Below are positions 50,601 to 62,260 of a DNA stretch of 64,000 bases, in pieces. A program made the position numbers and the translations under genes. The notes below the pieces were generated by a model. That model ran no database searches, was not told the DNA's origin, and saw only the letters and a program-made list of their open reading frames with translations. Source of the DNA: Eutreptiella sp. 'Long Island Sound 2002' (lineage: Eukaryota; Protista; Euglenida); NCBI GenBank assembly GCA_964036045.1, contig OZ038378.1:117366001-117430000 (forward strand), given 5' to 3'. Position 1 is the stretch's first letter; each line of letters starts with the position of its first letter.

Positions 50601-52842
50601 GCACAAGTGGCCTTGAAATAGCCTTTTATTACCCCATAATTTCAAGCAGGGGAGTCTGTATGGGGCTTGTGGATAAATATATCAACTCATCTGATCACCC
50701 ACCCGCTTGTCCTGGGCCCTGTCAGGGGTTGTCATGGGGCGCCACTAAATTGCAATTTTCAGCCAATAAATGTGGATGGTGCGCCAACAATGGAAGGTAC
50801 AGCAGGTAGCTTGCAGGCACACCAGAGGTTCCATGTCAGCATGGAAATTGCCTTCCCCCACTGCACAGGCCCTGCCCCTTTACCAAAGTCAAACCAGTGC
50901 AACGGCTGTACCAACGGTACACCAAGCCCAAACAGCAACACAAACGGGATGAGGCACAGGAGCATGAACAACACGCTGGCGTCACCCACAGAGCCAGCGC
51001 CCACGATGTTCAAGACACCAGCCACGAATACAGCAACAGCCTTTGCACTGGAGGCCATCCACCACGGCTGCGGGCCCACCACCTGCAGCACAACAGATGT
51101 GAAAGCCGCAGAGGAACCAGAAAAGGGGATGTGCACACGCGCGTGTGTGGGTGATGCGTGCAGCAATGACAGGGACAAAAAGCTGCAACAATCAGCGGCA
51201 CCTTGCCACAAATGCCACTTGACGGGCTATGGACACACCATTGCACTCAAATTCATCTTTTGCTTGTTTCACCTGTTCAACGCATGAGCAAAAGCCCCGA
51301 GACGCCGTTGGCACCACAAACAGAACACACTAATCCGCATCAGGGAGGTTCTGATTCGCCTAACATGCCATGGGATGGTGCTACTGTGAAGGGTGCCCAC
51401 TCCTCTAGTATCCAAGCGTACTGGTGTTACCTCCAGACATGGAAGACATATTCTAACAACTGTTCAACGCCAAACAATAACTGTTGGGAGATATGCATGC
51501 TACTGCATCTCCGAGGGGGGGGGGGGGGTTCTGTACTGTGGTAGCTTTCTGTGTGGGTTCATTGCAGTCAATTCTCTGGTGCACCTCATTTGATCACCAA
51601 CGTACAGCCTGCATTCTGCAGCAGAATATCCGTTTGAAGGTAGAACCTGTGCTTTCAAAACGGCCTAGCCAAAACCCAGTTGAAAGAGGATGATGTTCCC
51701 TTGCTTGGTCCCCTTTCTGATCCTGAATTCCTTGGGACTTAAAGGAGGGTTGTTCCATCAGGTCTTTAAGAGGGGGGCAGGTGGTTGTGGGACACAGGAG
51801 ATGCATTGTGGTTGGGTAGGCAGCTTGCGGCGAAGTTTCCATTCCCCATTAGCTCAGATGGATGTGATGAGGATATATGGCCCGACTCTTGGGCCATGTG
51901 AAGTACAGAAGGAATCAAAAGGGTGTGGGATACCCATATGATCCATGGAATGCCTTGTCTGTGCATATTTTCTGCAACATGCATTGGCTCCAATGAACGG
52001 GAGCGGCAATTGAACTTCTGGCCATCTCAAGGGTGTGTGGGCCGAAGAGGCATAAGCATACATGAGCCAAATCATCTGGTGTCCATTACATTGCGTTGTT
52101 GTGGAGGTACCTGAGCCTCCAAAGACCGATCTGAGATGGGAGGGGCGGTTGCTCTTATTCTTCATCCGGCAGGATAAGAACAAGGTTTTCTGCTGTGCTG
52201 GGGTTGCAGTTGGCAGGCAGAGGCTCCAAAGTGAAGCCCCGGTCCAAGAGGTCCATGTCATTCACTTTTCACCAGTCGTTGTTGTCATGACAAAGGGGGT
52301 TGTTGGGCTGAAGTCCCAATCATTCGCCAGCATCAAATGCAAACACTGTATGCCGAGCGAGGGGTGTGCATGGCTGGTGCTCATGTGCTGAGGGAATGGG
52401 GGGAGGGGGACTGTAGGAGAACCTGCATCAGATAATCCACACAAAGACAGGGGTAGATAGCGTTGTCAACCATGCTCATGAAGATAGTGCACGCGGCCAT
52501 TGTGCACGTGACGGTAGGCGGGTATGCACAGTTGATCCAGATTAGCACACCGCCATTGGACGGCATTGCAGTCGCCAGCTCTGCCACGCCCAGTGCCGTT
52601 GGGATCCCCCAGAGGCAGGGCAGCACCAGCAATCCTATGATGCACAGCAATGGACCACCCCCAGCCTCCACCATTGGCTCCGTTGCATATGCCCCACAAG
52701 AGGTCACCATATAGAGAATGCCCAGCAGACGCCAAAAGCCAAGGGTTCGTCTGGGCCGGTAGGCATCATCCAGAGCGAGAGCTGCTGGGCAGACGAATTT
52801 GCAGGAGCCGGACATTGCTGGCGCATGCTCTCCATAAGTCAT
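38613..52842 (-). CDS. APC-superfamily amino acid/polyamine permease (LAT/PUT, trypanosomatid AAT-like); 4 exons, 505 aa
   Basis: Exons 52842-52423, 51082-50823, 47534-47351 and 39266-38613. GT-AG introns of 1340, 3288 and 8084 bp join in phases 0, 2 and 0 without stops. Motifs: LGILYMVTSCGAYATE, ELATAMPSNGG, DNAIYP, WNLCGFDAAGHVVEEV, LRFRYPSLERPY. The start ATG is uncertain and an upstream exon is possible. Confidence 0.9.
40330..42450 (-). mobile_element. Probable degenerate DNA transposon inside permease intron 3
   Basis: Arrays of GTA(A/G)GTCGCG motifs at 40480-40620 and 42105-42330, with inverted copies at 42390-42430. It contains a coding-like exon (about 41670-41010) and a Cys/His-rich fragment (FVCSHDEC..CPRYPKC). 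Confidence 0.4.
41761..42101. repeat. About 3 copies of a roughly 105-bp unit (GGGGGCCCAAAAGAGGGCGGAAATGC..CCCCAACAAAGGGGAACAAAATCAGAAGTGGC)
   Basis: Units start at about 41761, 41865 and 42008. Confidence 0.85.
43570..44060. repeat. Degenerate minisatellite with a GGGGAGAAAATCGAAGTGGCTAC core
   Basis: The core recurs about every 100 bp (about 43590, 43688, 43798, 43898) and shares AAATC.GAAGTGGCT with the 41.8-kb repeat. Confidence 0.75.
48640..48800. repeat. Degenerate TG-rich low-complexity tract (ATGTGGT-like)
   Basis: Repeated ATGTGGT/GTGTGG motifs within permease intron 2. Confidence 0.7.
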
Positions 52843-53815
52843 GGGGCTGCGAGAGTGTTGGGAAGCACAGTCACCATGAATGAACAACACTGCATCAGGG
52901 CATGGCAGTATTTCCAAACTGTGCGCCTCAATCCTGTCGCAGTGCAGACTGCCAACTAGTTGGCACCACTATACATAAGATGCGCATACCAGGGGGGCAT
53001 GAAAAGAAACATGGGGGAAGCAGGATCAGAGATGTCCTATGTATGTACAGAATCCCTGAAGCTGCACACAAGCCCAACCTGCATGATACAGTCTGCACCT
53101 GAAGATAAATCTGTAGGACGACCATGGCATGGCACAGCCCATGTATGGTATGCAAGACGATCAACCAATGCATCCTGCTCAGTACAATCAATGCATGACA
53201 CAATCAAGCCATGTACCCGGATGACACAATCCACCCAGGTGTCCGGTTTGAGCCATTCAACCCACGGATCCTTCATGAAAAAATCAACACAAAACTAACC
53301 GAAGAGCCCTGTTCCCTGCAATGTATCTAGTACAATCAACCTACGTATCCTGCATGACACAGCCCCCGCGTGCATCCCATGTGGCCAGCCCATGCATCGT
53401 GTATGACATTGTATGACAGTGCATCATGTATGACGCAACAGACCCATGTACACTGTGGGGCACTGTCCCCCCATGCAGTCGTCCGGGAGGTGGTCCATGT
53501 GCAGTCGCAAAATTTCTTTCCCCCCAGAATATTTTTGCTACGTGGGTTACATTACAAAAGAAGGGCACACGGGTTACACAAAAAAAATGGGGGTACGCAG
53601 CTTGCATTGCTTTCCGTACACGCGTTACATTTTCTGCAGTTGATTGTGTCATGCAGGCATCCGGTGGTTTTCATCAAACAAGGTACCACACCCACCAATG
53701 TGGTCCGAAAATGCATGATGTCCATAGTAGCTACGTTGCCTCAAGGGCTAAATACATCTTGTGTGCTCTTGTGTGTACACTGTTTTCTGCCTGCATTCAC
53801 CTGATGCATTGGCAT

Positions 53816-54229
53816 TCACTGCACCTCAAATTCTGTGAAATCCTGTGACTGTTGCGGCGATGGAGTGTCCAAATTAATAAACATCCTGTCTGTGGGTCGT
53901 GTTTGTTCTGGTGTACAAATGACCACACTGGAGTCCGACCTACTGAGTACCGACTCTGGAGTCCAAGGCACGAAATCATCTGGCTGTGGTGGCGGAGTGC
54001 TCTCCCTGGCCCCCACAATGTGTAGGTCTTGTTCCGGCTCCTCTCTGTCCCCGTCCCTTAGCACAGCAAGTAATAGTTTGTTGGCAGTCCACAGTGGACT
54101 CCGTAGCCTACCCTGGCTGCCCAATGTATCAACCTGTTCATTCTCAGGCAGCCCAGCATGTGAGGGCACATGGTACATGCAGGATGCGGGGTAGGGGCCC
54201 TGCAACCGCCTTCCAGATGGAAGCCTCAT
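53816..54229 (-). CDS. Possible coding exon of unknown function upstream of the permease
   Basis: Open 137 codons with an acidic, Pro-rich protein-like tail (DGDREEPEQD..TPSPQQSQDFTEFE). I could not establish splicing to the permease. Confidence 0.25.
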   Translation of the reverse strand: MRLPSGRRLQGPYPASCMYHVPSHAGLPENEQVDTLGSQGRLRSPLWTANKLLLAVLRDGDREEPEQDLHIVGARESTPPPQPDDFVPWTPESVLSRSDSSVVICTPEQTRPTDRMFINLDTPSPQQSQDFTEFEVQ

Positions 54230-54514
54230 CTTGTGTACTAAGCTGTGAAATTGCCTTTATCGTAATGCGTACTGGGGGTGCTTCTGCCCCGGATGAGAAA
54301 ATGCATAAATTAAGTTTACGAAAAGGGCCACCAGAATAATTAGGCACTTTTTACTGCCACCTTTGATTTTAAAAAATGTCGATTTTTGTGGCCGTGCGCT
54401 CTCTGCCCGCTGTGCACGGGGGGCCACCGCATTGCCGATCTCGCCTTGTGGGAATAGGTAGAGCCCGCAAAAAAAATTGGTTTAAAAGCATGAGGTTATA
54501 CAGGTTTCAAAGCG

Positions 54515-54913
54515 TTATGCCTCCATGGCCGAGCCTAGCGCAGTCCGTGTGGCGGCCTCCTTAAGATAATTCACGTCCTTCTCACTGAGGCCGCTTGCAC
54601 TTGCACTGTATGTTGGCTCACCCTTGGGACCCTTGCGAAGCTGGGTCATTTCCTTTTGCATCTCCGTCAATTGATTCTCCAAGTCGAGCCTCCGCCGTTT
54701 GTGCGTACGTTCGATTCCCTGCCACTCGTCTCGCACCCGTTTGTCTCGCACCCGTTTGGCTCGATCCTCGGCGTTGTTCAACTCCTGCTCCGACTGTTGA
54801 ACACGGCCTTTCTCTTCGTCCACCTGCGAATGCAGCAAGGCATTCGCGGCCCTGAGGCGCACTAGCTCCACCTTGTCTGGTGTACTCAGCCCCTCTTCCC
54901 GGGGTGTATCCAC
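54515..54913 (-). CDS. Coiled-coil ORF fragment, probably transposon-associated
   Basis: E/K/R/Q-rich heptad-like sequence (LRAANALLHSQVDEEKGRVQQSEQELNNAE..LENQLTEMQKEMTQLRK). It lies near GACCGTGAC motif clusters at 55402-55435 and 55721-55750. Confidence 0.4.
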   Translation of the reverse strand: MDTPREEGLSTPDKVELVRLRAANALLHSQVDEEKGRVQQSEQELNNAEDRAKRVRDKRVRDEWQGIERTHKRRRLDLENQLTEMQKEMTQLRKGPKGEPTYSASASGLSEKDVNYLKEAATRTALGSAMEA

Positions 54914-56108
54914 AGCAACCTGTTCCCCTACCCCCGCGGGTGGCCAAGTGAACCTATCCTGCTTGCAGGTTCACCTTGAGGAGAAATCTAAGTGGCAAGT
55001 TGATGTCCTCCTGCAGCTTTTTCAATCGTTCCCGCACTGAACACACATCCGGGGGAATGGCGGGCAGAGCCACCCGAATACCCGCTGCCTCCTCATGGGC
55101 CACACCAACAACCTTTAGTGTTCCTCCACAACCTCCTTCACCAGCTTGGACGGGATGCTGGAGGCTTTGGAGGGCTTGGGAGGCTGCGGGCCCCCAAGGG
55201 CTCTAAGAGTGGCGTTTTGCTTGGCCTTCTTGCCAGGAATATCACACCAATAACATGAGTGAAAGAGATGCCCCTAACAGTGAGAAGGCAATTACATGGA
55301 ATTTGCGTGAGTAAAAGGCCTAATGTATGCGACACCCTAACTGCGGCTCGTGCGTAAATTAACCCCTTGTGTGTGTGTAAATGATCCGGGGTGGGTAATT
55401 CACCGTGACGGACCATGATGGACCGTGACCGACCAGCCGAAGAAGATCGTGGTTTCCCTTAGGGCCATGGGGAATGTAACAGGGCACATGAGCAAGAAAC
55501 TGCAATTCTGATTCTTGTGCTGACGGCTTGTTACTTATTGCATGTGCAGCAACAAAATAGAAGCATTGCTACGAGCATTGTGAAACCAAAAATGTGGTCA
55601 AAACTACCTTCATGTCAAAGAGCACAAGAAAATATGTCCCTAGAGGGGTCACAACCTATAGTACACTTACATAGAACCCCCGAAAGGGGGTTTTTGCCAA
55701 ATAGTCCTTCGGCGGTCGCCATTGTGACGGACCGTGACGGACCGTGACTTGACCCACCCCCATCCCTTTGGTCTCAGTCCTAAACGAAGGCAAACACACA
55801 CAAAAACCCCCTTTTATGCATGCAAAAAGCCAAAACGTAGGTACATAGGTGGGTAAGAGGGTGTGGGAGAGATAAAAGTTGCAAGATGCATGCATTTTCA
55901 CCCAGTTTATAGCCTATTTGCATGCAAATGTGTGCCTTAGTCATTCTATGTGATGACAAGGTGAGCAAACACGCACCAGGCTAATTATTGAATTTTCACC
56001 TTTTTTAATTGGTTTTTACTCGCTTTTTACTTGAGAAACACTTTGGGCCTTTGCTTCGTGGTTACATCCTTCATGGCGGCACTATTCGAACCGCCTTCTG
56101 AACGCCGC

Positions 56109-57299
56109 TTATGCGCGTCTCTTGCTTGATGGCCTTTGTGTCTGATGACAGCTGAAGCGTAGCTCATACGCTGCAGCGTGTTGTTTCAAACCTTCCACCG
56201 ATAGAAATGCACGCACCTCGCCCCATTCCATTTGAAAGCGCTGTTGCAACTGTGCCAGGCGGTATGCGGTGCACACCAAGAGCCGATGGTGTGGGCTCGG
56301 GGGCTTCAGGGGGATGAACAGCACAACTCCAACTTGCAATCCAAGCTACGCATCATGGTACAACACCCAACTTCTTTGTTCTACAAAAGCACCTTTTTTG
56401 GGCTTCCGCTCCCCATACGTGGTGGTTCGTTATCTCCATAAGCTACCCGAAAACGTAGAACGAGCAAACACTCCGGAACGAGGATACCACGCCGAACGAG
56501 GGGAACGCCTCCAAAAGCACAACTGAAGGTGCCTCCTCCTCGTCTTCCTTGTCCGCCTCCTGGTCCTCCTCCCTATCCTCCTCCCCATGTGTCTCATGAC
56601 TGAGGGGAGGCTCGCTGTCCTCAACCCCATCGGTGCCAGCCGGGGTGATGCCGTGCGCGGCCGCAAGGATTGCACATGTAGTGGGGTGTCGCGGCATCTG
56701 CTACACACGCATTGCGCACGCCCTTTGTCGTAGAACGCACAGAAGCGCTGCTCGGCGCCGCCTACGGTGACTCGCGTGTTGCTGCAACGCGCATCGCTCG
56801 GGTAGCGGCGGCAGTGGAGGGACGATTGCCACTCCCACATGCCGTCCGTGCCACGACACCGCTCAAGGGCGCGGCAAGTGGCAAACGCGTTGGCCACAGG
56901 GTACCTCAGGAGAAAGCATCGCACGGCTTGCGACCACGACATCTACCTTCCCAAGAGGCGCATCTGCAACACCATCTAGTGGGCGGAGTCCACACCACCT
57001 ACCACCTACCGGGACACAACAATGAGAGGGTGGATCTCCGGGCCCGTGTGGTGGATGGGTCCCCGCATAATGTACTAAACATTCACCAAGATGGGCACCA
57101 ATTTTGGGGGCTTGCCTCCTACGTTGGGTTGCTTGTACACCTGAAGGGCGTACTTGTGCCCGTCAATAGTGGCCACCGCCGCTTGGCCGGCTTGGGTGTT
57201 TGCCCCTGACTTGTTGCCTGCCGACGGTGTTCTTGTGCACCATGGTGATGAAGGGGCCGCCTTCGCGCGCGAGCCGCTGCGCGGCGGCTTGGGACCCAA
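56109..57299 (-). pseudogene. Decayed gene with a Cys-rich segment and an acidic tract
   Basis: Fragments YALQVYKQP, LHCRRYPSDARC..RFCAFYDKG.AQCVCSRCR and EEDREEDQEADKEDEEE are broken by stops and frameshifts. Confidence 0.4.
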
Positions 57300-57376
57300 T
57301 GACGGAGTCTCCTACGAGGACAGTGTGGGACGGAGGCTGTGTTGCTCACACACACACGCACAAGCTACCAGGCATT

Positions 57377-57685
57377 CCCTAGGTACACGCTACAAGACCC
57401 AATTTTGTTCTAGCCTAGATGGCGCTGGAAGGCTAGAACGGAAAAAGGGGGGGGTTACCCTCCCCCGTGGGAGTAGGTGGTGGGTACTTTGAGGGTTGCA
57501 ACCTGGACCCCCCTATCCGTACTCGGGGGCCCATGGTTTGTTTTTCACACTTTCATTGTTTTCACCTGAATTTGGAGTGAAAAAGTTTCGTTCTAGCGGC
57601 ATTCTAGCGACGTTCTAGCGAGCGCCGCTAGAATTCGCTAGAACGTCGCTAGAACGCTTCGGTAGAAGGACGCTAGAACGATATA
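57377..57685. mobile_element. Solitary end of a transposon related to the 14284-25067 element
   Basis: CCCTAGGTACACGCTACAAGACCCAATTTTGTTCTAGCCTAG is homologous to the TIR. It is followed by the same ACCTGGACCCCCCTATCC.TACTCGGGGGCCCAT block and a GTTCTAGCG/CTAGAACG motif cluster. No partner TIR was found. Confidence 0.85.
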
Positions 57686-58112
57686 TGTTAATGCTCCGCC
57701 ACTCCTCAAAGAGAAGCTGCCCCGGCTACCATGGCAGGCCGTGGCCAATCACACAGGCCGTGGCCAATCACAGGATCGCGATGCTCCACCCGACTCACGG
57801 AGCGCCTGGTTCCCCGCCACACACCACGGTTAGCCCAGTTAGCCTCCCCCCCCCACCCCCCCGCAACCGCATAGGTCACTTGGAAGGTCACTTGGCGGGC
57901 CGGCGCCAGGTCACTTGGTGGTGGGTTAGCCCGATTAGCCTCGTTAGCCCGATTTGCCCCCCTGCCCCCTAGTCCCCCTTTCGCGAGTCACGACACGCAG
58001 GCTACCCCTCGTGCGTGGTGGGGGGTTGCCGGGGCGCATCCTTGCTCACGGCACCCCCCTTCTCACCCCCCGTGTCCCCTTGCTTCTCACCGCCCTTGTC
58101 ACCCCCCTCCTC

Positions 58113-58895
58113 GCCCCTCCACCCTGTGTTGTGGTGCACGGTGGAGGGGAACCTATGCCTCTGCCCTGTGTTGTGCTGATGCACTCCGGGGTGGGGAACT
58201 TGTACCTCCGCCCTGTGCTAATGAGCTTGGGGGAGGGGGTCTAGTTCCTCCGCCCTATGCCGTGGTACACACGGGAGGGGAACCCAGTCCCTCCGCCCTA
58301 TGCCGTGGTGCACAGGGGCGGGGAACCTGTCCCTCTGCCCTGCACTGTGGTGCACAGGGGTGGGGAACGTATCCCTCCATCCTGTGTTGTGGTGCATACT
58401 GGAGGGGAGCCTGTGCCTCCGCCCTGTGGTGATGTGCACAGGGGTGGAACCCGTCCCTGCGCCCTGAACTGATGTGCCCAGGGGTGGGGGCCCTTTCCCT
58501 CTGCCCTGTGCTATAGCGCACAGGGGTGGGGATGCCAGACCCTCCGCCCTGTGCCGTGGTGCATAGGAGTGGGGAACCTGTCTCTCCGCCCTGTGTTATG
58601 GTGCACAGGGGAGGGGAACGTGTCCCTCCGCCCTGTACCATGGTGCACGCGGGAGGAGAAACTGTCCCTCCGCCCTTTGCCATGGTCCACAAGGGAGGGG
58701 AATGCAGTCCCTCCGTCCTGTGCTATGGTGCATAGGGGAGGGGACCGTGTCCCTCCGCCCTGTGCTATGGCACAAAGGGGAGGGGACTCCAATCCCTCCG
58801 CCATGTACCGTGGTACACAGGGGAGGGGAACCTGTCCCTTTGTCCTGTGCTATGGCGCGCGGGGGTGGGGAACGTGTCCCTCCACCCTGTGCTGT
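58113..58895. repeat. About 19 copies of a roughly 41-bp self-complementary minisatellite
   Basis: Consensus CCCTCCGCCCTGTGCYRTGGTGCACAGGGGAGGGGAACCTGT. Units are contiguous with no unique spacers. Confidence 0.9.
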
Positions 58896-58922
58896 GATTT
58901 GATTTGATTTGATTTGATTTGA
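58896..58922. repeat. (GATTT)5 microsatellite
   Basis: Perfect repeat between the minisatellite and the Penelope-like element. Confidence 0.95.
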
Positions 58923-59228
58923 GGGCCGATCTTGAGGCTCAGAGGCCTCCTGGGGGGCGCTCGATGGCTGCCCCGACGACTCCGCATATCGGCCGGCCAT
59001 ACATGCCACGCGCTCCCGGCCGCTCCCGCCGGCCGGAGGGGGCAAGCCTGTCGCTGTGCTGTGGGTTGGGGGGGGGGGGGCACAGGGGGGAGAGGGGGGA
59101 GGGGGGGGTACCGGTAGCCTCTACTGACGGCCGCCCGTTCCTTGCACACCTGGGTTAGGGCGCGTGAAAAGCAACCTGCACCCTGCGGCGCTACCGTCAC
59201 GCTCGCACGAGCGCGCGGGCCGCGAGCC

Positions 59229-62200
59229 ATGCCCGCGCGGTGGCGTCGTCCCCCGCTCGGGGGTGCTGGTGCTACGGGGGCTGCTGGGGCAACCCTGGGG
59301 CGGGCAGCACCGCATACCACACAACATACACCCGCTGGATCTATGTGCTGTGGTCACGAGACCACTCACAAGTGTATGTGGGCCAAACCACGGCTCAGGA
59401 TAATTTGAGGTGCGATTTTGATAGGGGGCAAAGAGCACCTTGTGAACGCTCAAATCTACTACACAAAAACAAACGCAGCCGTGTATCCCCATATGAGTGG
59501 ATCATGAAGCTGAGAATCGGTGATATGGTCATGACTCCCCTGGAAAAAGTGGCTTCATGGGCTGCAGACTCCAGGGAAATTTTCTGCATGCATCGTTTCG
59601 GTGTCTCACACCTCTTGAACCGCTCTATCCCGGATCGGCAACAAACCAAATGGTAGTGGCTACGCAACACAAAGTCTTTCGCAAAAACACACGCAAAGTC
59701 ACCCAGCGCGACAGCACGCACCCAACGCATGCGCACAAAACTTCCTCCAATCCCGCTGTACCAATCTAGACTTCAGGGAAACGGTACAGCTAGTTCTGGA
59801 CTCCAAAAAGCTCTGTGATTGAGGGGTTGCCTCACATGTACTCTCCAAGGCGAGGGAAAAATTAAGAAGGGACCACCATGTGTTTCTCTTCAGCGAGACG
59901 ACCATCCGTGTACCAATGGCCAACCCACTTCAAGAAACATGCCCTCGCTGTGTCTGAGGCGTCTATCCAAAGAGAATCTGCCATCCCCGCCTCCATGAAG
60001 CATTATATGTCCTTCACCTTCAGGCCGGTGTCCAAAAGCCTCCCAAAAGCGGGCCAATTGTGCAATACCTACAGGCCGCACATATCTACCGCTGACATGC
60101 GAAAGGCTGTCGCAAAGCCACCTTCATGCTCTTGCTCCCACATGCGTGAAATGTACGGCGTCCGCCTTGTGCATGGGCACTGTTTCACCCGCTCCTTTGA
60201 CTGGAAGGGTTCACAACTCCCAACCACGAGTGACCCCTGCATCGTGCATCAGAATTTGAAAAATGGACTGCTCCCGTTGCGGTGAAACATATATCAAGAG
60301 GCCTGCCGCAACATGTCAAGGGCCTTGGATGATATTGAAGAGCTATCCCATGCTGAAAAAAGATGCGTGGTGTCACCAGTCCTCAACACCCTTCGGGTCG
60401 AAGCCTGAAACTGACAGAGGCCACCCCACAGACACATACAGTGGCCGCAGTGCAATCACAGCTAAAAACTCCTACCTAGGGAATGGGTGTGCGGGGTATT
60501 CGACAAGGGTATTGTTGCCCTATGGGGCGCCTGCAAGAATTTCTTCTACCCACGTGTTTTCAATGCGATGTTAAACAGCCCCAAACATTTCACACCACTC
60601 GTTGAATGTGACACCAAGGTGCAATCCAGTGTGCAGCTGTCTACATTCCTGGTCTGCAGAGGCCGACGCTACTTCCTGGGTTGTAAACAGCCTCCTCTTG
60701 CCCCACTAGATCTTGCCCTGTCCAATGGAGCGACAGCCGGTTTGGCCCAAGCCTAGGCAACACGAATGCAATGCTCTCTGCGCCCCATATATGAGGAATG
60801 CAAGGCTCTGTTTACCGGGTGTGTGACTCGCACAGAAAAAGCCGTCCGCTTGTGCTCCACAACAAAAAAGCCGAGGGACTCTGCTTCGCGGTCACTTACG
60901 AAGGTGCTCCGGGGCGCCTACTGGGAGCAAAATGTTTCTTTGTCGTGCCACGACGACGACCCCGCAAGGCGGCCACACGTACGACCGCTACCGTGCCCTG
61001 ACTATATGTATCTCATCAAGTGGAAGTCTAATGAAACGATTGTAGCACCAATGATGAAGGGGAGAGAAGTGTTGACCCCTACGTTAGATCCCCTTTCACC
61101 AGTAACGTCGCTTTGTGGCCGAGCTCTTACCCGTTTTTGGAAAGAGGTTGTGGCTGTCCTCGCACCAAAACATAGTATCTCCATGTCCTCGGTCCTCCAT
61201 TGTGTGCGCAATTGGACCCAACAGCACAACGCGAGTGCCGAGTGGGTATGGGTAGAATACGATATCCGGGATATGTTTCCGGAAATACCACGCCATGAAC
61301 TCTTCAGCGCGCTCCAGCAATTGAAAACTCATGTTCAAAAACATGGCACCACTAGGAGTCGGCTGAATTTTTTCCTTGGCAAAGACGCCAACCGCAAGCT
61401 GGACAATCTCTCATGGGGCCGACGGTCACAATTCACACGCCTCACTTTCACCGACGTTCTGCACGTGGTGTTATTTGATTTGCAGCTCAACGATTTTCTT
61501 GTGCCCGACATGAGTCCTATCTTAGAATACTAGCATTCCTATTGGTGGACCCATGTCCGCCCAACTCGCCTCACGGACCCTCATCTATAGGGAGCTTGTG
61601 CAGCCCCTACGATGGGGCCTTCAACACTCAATGTGGATACGGTACCATGACAATGTTCTATTTTTAATGAAAAAACTCCCGGGACCTAATCTTGGTGTCT
61701 CGTATGAGGAGTACAGGCAAGAGCTAAAAATACTCACGAGCATGCAAATCACTGTAGAGCAAGTGGGCAACACGATCCGTTTCGTGGAATGCCAATTGTC
61801 ACACCCATTGTCTCAGCACTCGACAGCCCTACCAGAATTCCTGATGCTTCAAGAGAAACCATCGTCCCCGCCATACATACGTAAACTCAAAGATGGGAGG
61901 TGCGAGCGGTGACCGGGGGCGCGAGTTGGAGGAGGGTACAAAGACCCCTCCACTCCACATTGAAGGCCTTCCGGGTACAAATGGGCCCCGGAAACGGCCG
62001 TCCGGTCTTCAAGGAGTATTGTAGACCTTTCTGGGTGAACAACTCGGAGGGGGCACAAAAGCCGGACTTAGGGGCCTTCAAGGCCACAACAAGTTCTACG
62101 GTGCCAAGCGGAACGAGCAACGACTCCGCATATTCCCGTATCGCGGTGTCCTTCGCGGCACGCACCACTTTGTGGCCACTCTCCACGGTGGTTTGCTGCC

Positions 62201-62260
62201 TTGCAATGTCCGGAGTACAACGACCATTGGGCCAATAGGCGGCCCCCTCAGGCATCCAAT
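59229..62260 (+). mobile_element. Decayed Penelope-like retroelement with an N-terminal GIY-YIG endonuclease (Chlamys-type domain order)
   Basis: WIYVLWSRDHSQVYVGQT (59336-59389) with downstream RE..(LN) residues, then SCSC..HGH. RT motifs: YDIRDMFPEIP (about 61258), IPIGGPMSAQLA (61535, frameshifted), IRYHDN (about 61640) and RFVECQL. Several stops and frameshifts. Confidence 0.8.

Noticed and set aside
58113-58895. CRISPR array
   Set aside because: The units are contiguous and degenerate, with no unique spacers and no cas genes, and the context is eukaryotic.
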